Source: an uncultured Candidatus Saccharibacteria bacterium (GTDB taxonomy: Bacteria; Patescibacteriota; UBA1384; GWA2-35-9; CAYZGQ01). From it: a stretch of DNA of 64,000 nt. Location: positions 3,365 through 67,364 of the forward strand of contig CAYZGQ010000001.1 of the NCBI GenBank assembly GCA_964478135.1, read 5' to 3'. The translations under genes and the position numbers were made by a program. The notes beneath the pieces are model-generated. The model was not told the origin of the DNA and ran no database searches. It saw only the letters and a program-made list of their open reading frames with translations. Below, piece after piece: positions 60,219 to 64,000 of this stretch. Within the stretch, counting starts at the first letter, position 1, and the number at the start of each line of letters is the position of its first letter.

Positions 60219-61343
60219 ATGAGAATCGTCATAACCGATTTTGATGATCTTACTAACCCTTATGGCGGCGGTCAGGCCATTAGAACTTTTGAAATTGCCA
60301 AAAGACTGGCTCTCAAACACGACCTAACGGTTGTTACTTTTGGTCACTGGGGTAAAAAACCAAAGGTTGTCGAGGCGGTTCGATTTGTTCCGATTGGTTT
60401 TGGTCGTTTTCCGATTAACCACCTAAGTTATTTAGCCCAATTACCCAAAACCGTTTCAAAAATTCCCCACGACATTGTGCTGGAGCAGTGGACTCCGCCA
60501 ATTGGCATGAGTCTGCCGCCTTTGCCCTTAGTCACCAAGGCACCGGTGGTCGCTTCTTTGTCTTGGTTTTTTAGCCAATGGATGAGCCGGAAATATCACC
60601 TGCCTTTTGCCAAGTTAACGTTTGGGCTGGCTAAGTCGTATCGTTTCGCGATTGGGATGACCGAGTTTGACGCGGCTAGATTTCGCAAACTGAATCCTCA
60701 TGCCAAGGTCTGGACGATTCCCTACGCGGCTGACAGTCCCGATGTTGTCAGAGGTAATTTTGGTATGACACAATTGAGTATTGAGCCAGACTTCGAATAC
60801 ATTTTGTTTTTAGGCCGGCTTGATATTCATCAAAAAGGTTTGGACCTATTGATTAAAATTTTTGTTGACAACAGAGAAAAATTACCTGTCCTGATCGTGG
60901 CGGGGGAGGGCCGAGAGCGAAAACGTCTCTTAAGAATGATCGTAAGGAAAGGTTTGTCCGACCGAGTTATTCTGCTCGGTCGTGTTGACGGAGAGCGTAA
61001 ACAACTCCTTATTGCTAAGGCTAGGGCGCTAGCTGTTCCTTCTCGCTATGAAACTTTTGGCCAGGTGGTGATTCAAGCTTTTGCGCAAAGAACGCCGGTC
61101 GTTATGTTTAACTTGCCCCAATTTCGTAAAATAGTCCCTCAAGGATATCCACTGTTTGCCCCTGCCTTTGATTTGGCTCGATTTGGTCAGTTGCTAAGAC
61201 GTGTTTGTCAAGACGTTGATTTTAGGTCAAAAATAGTCACTCAATATCAATTGGCTCGACAATTTATAGATTGGGATACTATTGCCGATTATCACCAAAA
61301 AGTGTTTGATCAAGTCGTTTTGAAAAATCAGCGCCGGGAATAA
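60219..61343 (+). CDS. glycosyltransferase, GT-B (GT4-like)
   Basis: FLGRLDxxKG and YETFGQVVIQAFA C-terminal motifs. Confidence 0.75.
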   Translation: MRIVITDFDDLTNPYGGGQAIRTFEIAKRLALKHDLTVVTFGHWGKKPKVVEAVRFVPIGFGRFPINHLSYLAQLPKTVSKIPHDIVLEQWTPPIGMSLPPLPLVTKAPVVASLSWFFSQWMSRKYHLPFAKLTFGLAKSYRFAIGMTEFDAARFRKLNPHAKVWTIPYAADSPDVVRGNFGMTQLSIEPDFEYILFLGRLDIHQKGLDLLIKIFVDNREKLPVLIVAGEGRERKRLLRMIVRKGLSDRVILLGRVDGERKQLLIAKARALAVPSRYETFGQVVIQAFAQRTPVVMFNLPQFRKIVPQGYPLFAPAFDLARFGQLLRRVCQDVDFRSKIVTQYQLARQFIDWDTIADYHQKVFDQVVLKNQRRE

Positions 61344-61369
61344 GACTAGTTTGTGGTACAATACAAAAA

Positions 61370-62521
61370 ATGAGGCGGGTGACTATTTTTCGGTTCGGCC
61401 CGATGAGAAATTTAGTAGTCTTGGTTTTTGGGCTGGTCATTTTTAGCCTGGCAGGCACGGGGGCGGCTTTGGGTCAAACTCGCGATCTATGCCTAGCCGA
61501 TCCCTACTGCACCGATAAAACTCGAGAAGAGGTTGGCATTTTTCAAAAACTAGATCCCTCCGGACAAACAGCCGAGGCGGTTAGTTTGATTAAGCTAGTG
61601 GTTGAGTCGGCTGTTGGTCCGATCGCGATCACTGCTGCCGCCAGTACCTTTGCCGGTGGTATTGGTTTTGTCTTACAAATACCCTTGATACCAGCTTGGA
61701 CCAGACGTAGGGCCAAACCCTGGGGGAGTGTTCTCGATAGAGTTTCCGGAGCGACCCTGTCGGCTGTTTTGGTCCGCTTGTTTGAAACAGAATTTGGCCG
61801 ACTTGTGGCTAGCGCCCTATCCGACAGCCAAGGGCGATTTAGTTTTCAGTTAACTGAACCGGGACGTTTTTTTGTCTTGGCCAGCGCCAGCGGTTATGAG
61901 CTGACTAGAACTCAAGATTTTATTGTTTCAGACCCTCGCCAGGGCAAGCCTGGTTCAGACTGGAAGATTTATCTTAACCCAATTTCGACCGCCCGAAGCT
62001 TAAAACAAGATCACTTAATTTGGTTAAGACCGGTCAGCGTGTTCCTAACTCTTATCAGGCGACCGTTACTCGTTCTTGGCAGTTTGGTTACTTTAATGGC
62101 TCTGGTGACAAGCTTTGATCTAAAGGTTTTGATGTTTGCCTTTTTTTACTTGATTTTGTGGTTGCTCGAGTACTGGCAATCAAGACCACCCAAGCCCTAT
62201 GGCCAGCTGATTGATCGGGCAAGCGGCCGGCCTGTTACTTTGGCTCTTATTCGGGCCTACCGAGTTCGGTCCAACTCTCGTTCGTATCTTGCCCAAACGA
62301 CTGTTTCAAACAATCAGGGTCAGTATCGCTTACTGGTAGCGCCAGGAAAGTACTACTTTGAGATTGAGCGCCCAGGCTATTTTAAGTTAAGGATCGGTCC
62401 GAAGCGGTTATTCGGTCTAAAAACTCAACCTAATTATCGATTTAAACTCCAACCGGTGACTCAACCGCTTGGTCAAAAATCGTGGTCAGCGACAGTTGAG
62501 CGGACTGGAGTGTCGGTATGA
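61370..62521 (+). CDS. membrane protein with two carboxypeptidase-regulatory-like (CarbopepD_reg) beta-sandwich modules
   Basis: Signal/TM at the N-terminus. Two modules with the DSQGRFSF and NNQGQYRL motifs separated by 3-4 TM helices. Confidence 0.45.
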   Translation: MRRVTIFRFGPMRNLVVLVFGLVIFSLAGTGAALGQTRDLCLADPYCTDKTREEVGIFQKLDPSGQTAEAVSLIKLVVESAVGPIAITAAASTFAGGIGFVLQIPLIPAWTRRRAKPWGSVLDRVSGATLSAVLVRLFETEFGRLVASALSDSQGRFSFQLTEPGRFFVLASASGYELTRTQDFIVSDPRQGKPGSDWKIYLNPISTARSLKQDHLIWLRPVSVFLTLIRRPLLVLGSLVTLMALVTSFDLKVLMFAFFYLILWLLEYWQSRPPKPYGQLIDRASGRPVTLALIRAYRVRSNSRSYLAQTTVSNNQGQYRLLVAPGKYYFEIERPGYFKLRIGPKRLFGLKTQPNYRFKLQPVTQPLGQKSWSATVERTGVSV

Positions 62522-62528
62522 GATTGGT

Positions 62529-63998
62529 ATGAAATCGGTCTTGTTGCTCATATTAGATGGTTTTGGCCTGGCTCCTCTACTGGAAGGTAACGCCGTTGCC
62601 CAAGCTAAGACTCCAATCCTTGACGCCTTGTCGCGTCAGGCGAGACTTTTCGCCCTTCACGGCGCGGGCGAGGCGGTTGGTTTACCCTGGGGGGTGATCG
62701 GCAATTCAGAAGTGGGTCACACCACAATGGGTGCGGGCCGAGTCGTTCTTCAGGATTATCCTCAAATCAATCAAGCGATCCAAAACGGAACTTTTTTTAG
62801 AAACCAGAGCCTTTTAGACACAGTCGATCATGTCAAAAAGAACAACTCAACTCTGCATGTTATGGGTATCTGTTCTAACGCTGGCGTCCACGGCTATATT
62901 GATCACATTATTGGTGTGATTGAGTTGGCCAAGCGATCGGGTTTGAATCGGCTTGGAATTCATCTCATAACTGATGGGCGAGACACTCCACCTCAAAGCG
63001 GTCAGGTATTCGTTGGCCGAATCAAGCAGGCGATTAGTCAGCGTGGTGTTGGGACTATCGCGACCTTGGTCGGTCGATACTGGGCCATGGATCGGGATAA
63101 AAATTGGGATCGGATCAAACTGGCCTATGATGCGCTCACACTATCGGGCAAGAGCCCCAGTGTGAGCGATCCAGTGTCAGCTCTCAAAGCGGCCTACCAG
63201 ACTGGTCAGAATGACGAGAACCTTAAACCGATAATTCTGGAGTCCCAACTCCGCCTTAAGTCTTTAGACGGGCTGATCTTTACTAACTTTCGTAGTGACC
63301 GGGCGATTCAGTTGACCAAAGCCCTGGCCGATCCAAAATTCGATAACTTTGCGCTTAAGCCGCTTAACAACTTTAAGATGGTAACGATGACTACTTTCGA
63401 GGATTCAAACCTACCGACACTGACAGCCTTTAGCGCGATTATGTTAGCCAACCCCCAGACTAACCCGACCGACCAGCCCTTGGGGCAGATTGTGGATCAG
63501 GCCGGACTGACTCAAGTCAGGATCGCCGAGACTGAAAAGTCGGCCCACGTGACCCAATTTTTTGATCTGGGTCGAGCCGATCCCTACTCAACCCGAGACC
63601 GAAGAATTATTGTCCCTTCTAAAAAAGTTAGTTCGTTTGCCCAAGCGCCGGAGATGTCGGCGGCAGAGATTGCCTACCAAGCTGAAAAAGTTATGGCTGA
63701 TCGACCCAATCTGATGGTTATTAACTTGGCCAACGCCGATATGGTTGGTCACACCGGTGATTTCAAGGCGACCCTGAAGGCGGTCGAAATCCTGGATCGA
63801 GTAGTTGGTCAATTAGTCAGTCAAGCTCAATCCAAGGATATTGACGTTATGATTACAGCCGATCATGGCAACGCCGAGGCTATGGTTGAGTTAGACGGAT
63901 ACTCGTCCAATAAAGAACACTCAATCAATCCAGTCCCGTTTTTGATTGTCACGGCCGATCGACCGGTCAACTTAACCCGGACCCGCCCGTTGACTCCC
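62529..63998 (+). CDS. gpmI: 2,3-bisphosphoglycerate-independent phosphoglycerate mutase, 3' end outside window
   Basis: My own translation from the ATG at 62529 stays open to the window end. It contains ILDGFGL, GNSEVGH and ADHGNAE, all iPGM signatures. This ORF is absent from the ORF track because no stop codon falls in the window. Confidence 0.85.
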   Translation, partial: MKSVLLLILDGFGLAPLLEGNAVAQAKTPILDALSRQARLFALHGAGEAVGLPWGVIGNSEVGHTTMGAGRVVLQDYPQINQAIQNGTFFRNQSLLDTVDHVKKNNSTLHVMGICSNAGVHGYIDHIIGVIELAKRSGLNRLGIHLITDGRDTPPQSGQVFVGRIKQAISQRGVGTIATLVGRYWAMDRDKNWDRIKLAYDALTLSGKSPSVSDPVSALKAAYQTGQNDENLKPIILESQLRLKSLDGLIFTNFRSDRAIQLTKALADPKFDNFALKPLNNFKMVTMTTFEDSNLPTLTAFSAIMLANPQTNPTDQPLGQIVDQAGLTQVRIAETEKSAHVTQFFDLGRADPYSTRDRRIIVPSKKVSSFAQAPEMSAAEIAYQAEKVMADRPNLMVINLANADMVGHTGDFKATLKAVEILDRVVGQLVSQAQSKDIDVMITADHGNAEAMVELDGYSSNKEHSINPVPFLIVTADRPVNLTRTRPLTP

Positions 63999-64000
63999 AA

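Overview
This is a gene-dense, almost entirely plus-strand window of bacterial chromosome, about 50% GC. No rRNA, tRNA or CRISPR array is visible. It carries many translation and core-metabolism genes: rsmA/ksgA, rsmI, metG, tatD, sufS with a sufU-like scaffold, folD, mnmA, ligA, gatC-gatA-(inserted HEPN-like ORF)-gatB, prfA, rpmE, rpsB, tsf, frr, rseP, proS, tpiA, pgk, tig, clpP and gpmI (truncated at the window end). The aminoacyl-tRNA synthetases are short-form, gatCAB is present and bL9 is truncated, which together suggest a reduced-genome, Patescibacteria/CPR-like organism. That is inference only.

Interleaved with these are accessory loci that are probably the most interesting content:
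- A sortase homolog whose catalytic Cys position reads Ser. Its GTG start overlaps the stop of an 1108-aa LPKTG-anchored surface protein. A paralogous 1205-aa LPKTG protein sits divergently about 3 kb away.
- A 2085-aa surface protein with a tandemly duplicated Gly-rich module and at least 10 FN3 domains. It is translationally coupled to an upstream TPR protein and followed by a MacB/FtsX-type ABC transporter.
- An 1816-aa protein with two N-terminal excisionase-type HTH modules, one TM helix and a long S/T/G-rich repeat region. The repeat region contains near-identical internal DNA repeats.
- A bitopic protein with a pseudopilin-like C-terminal domain but no prepilin signal.
- A double-hotdog (FabZ-like) protein paired with an atypical SDR.
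- A glycosylation cluster (SAM methyltransferase, GT4, GT-C of the PMT/ArnT type, GT4) that could decorate the S/T-rich surface proteins.
- A 710-bp gene-free region rich in palindromes.
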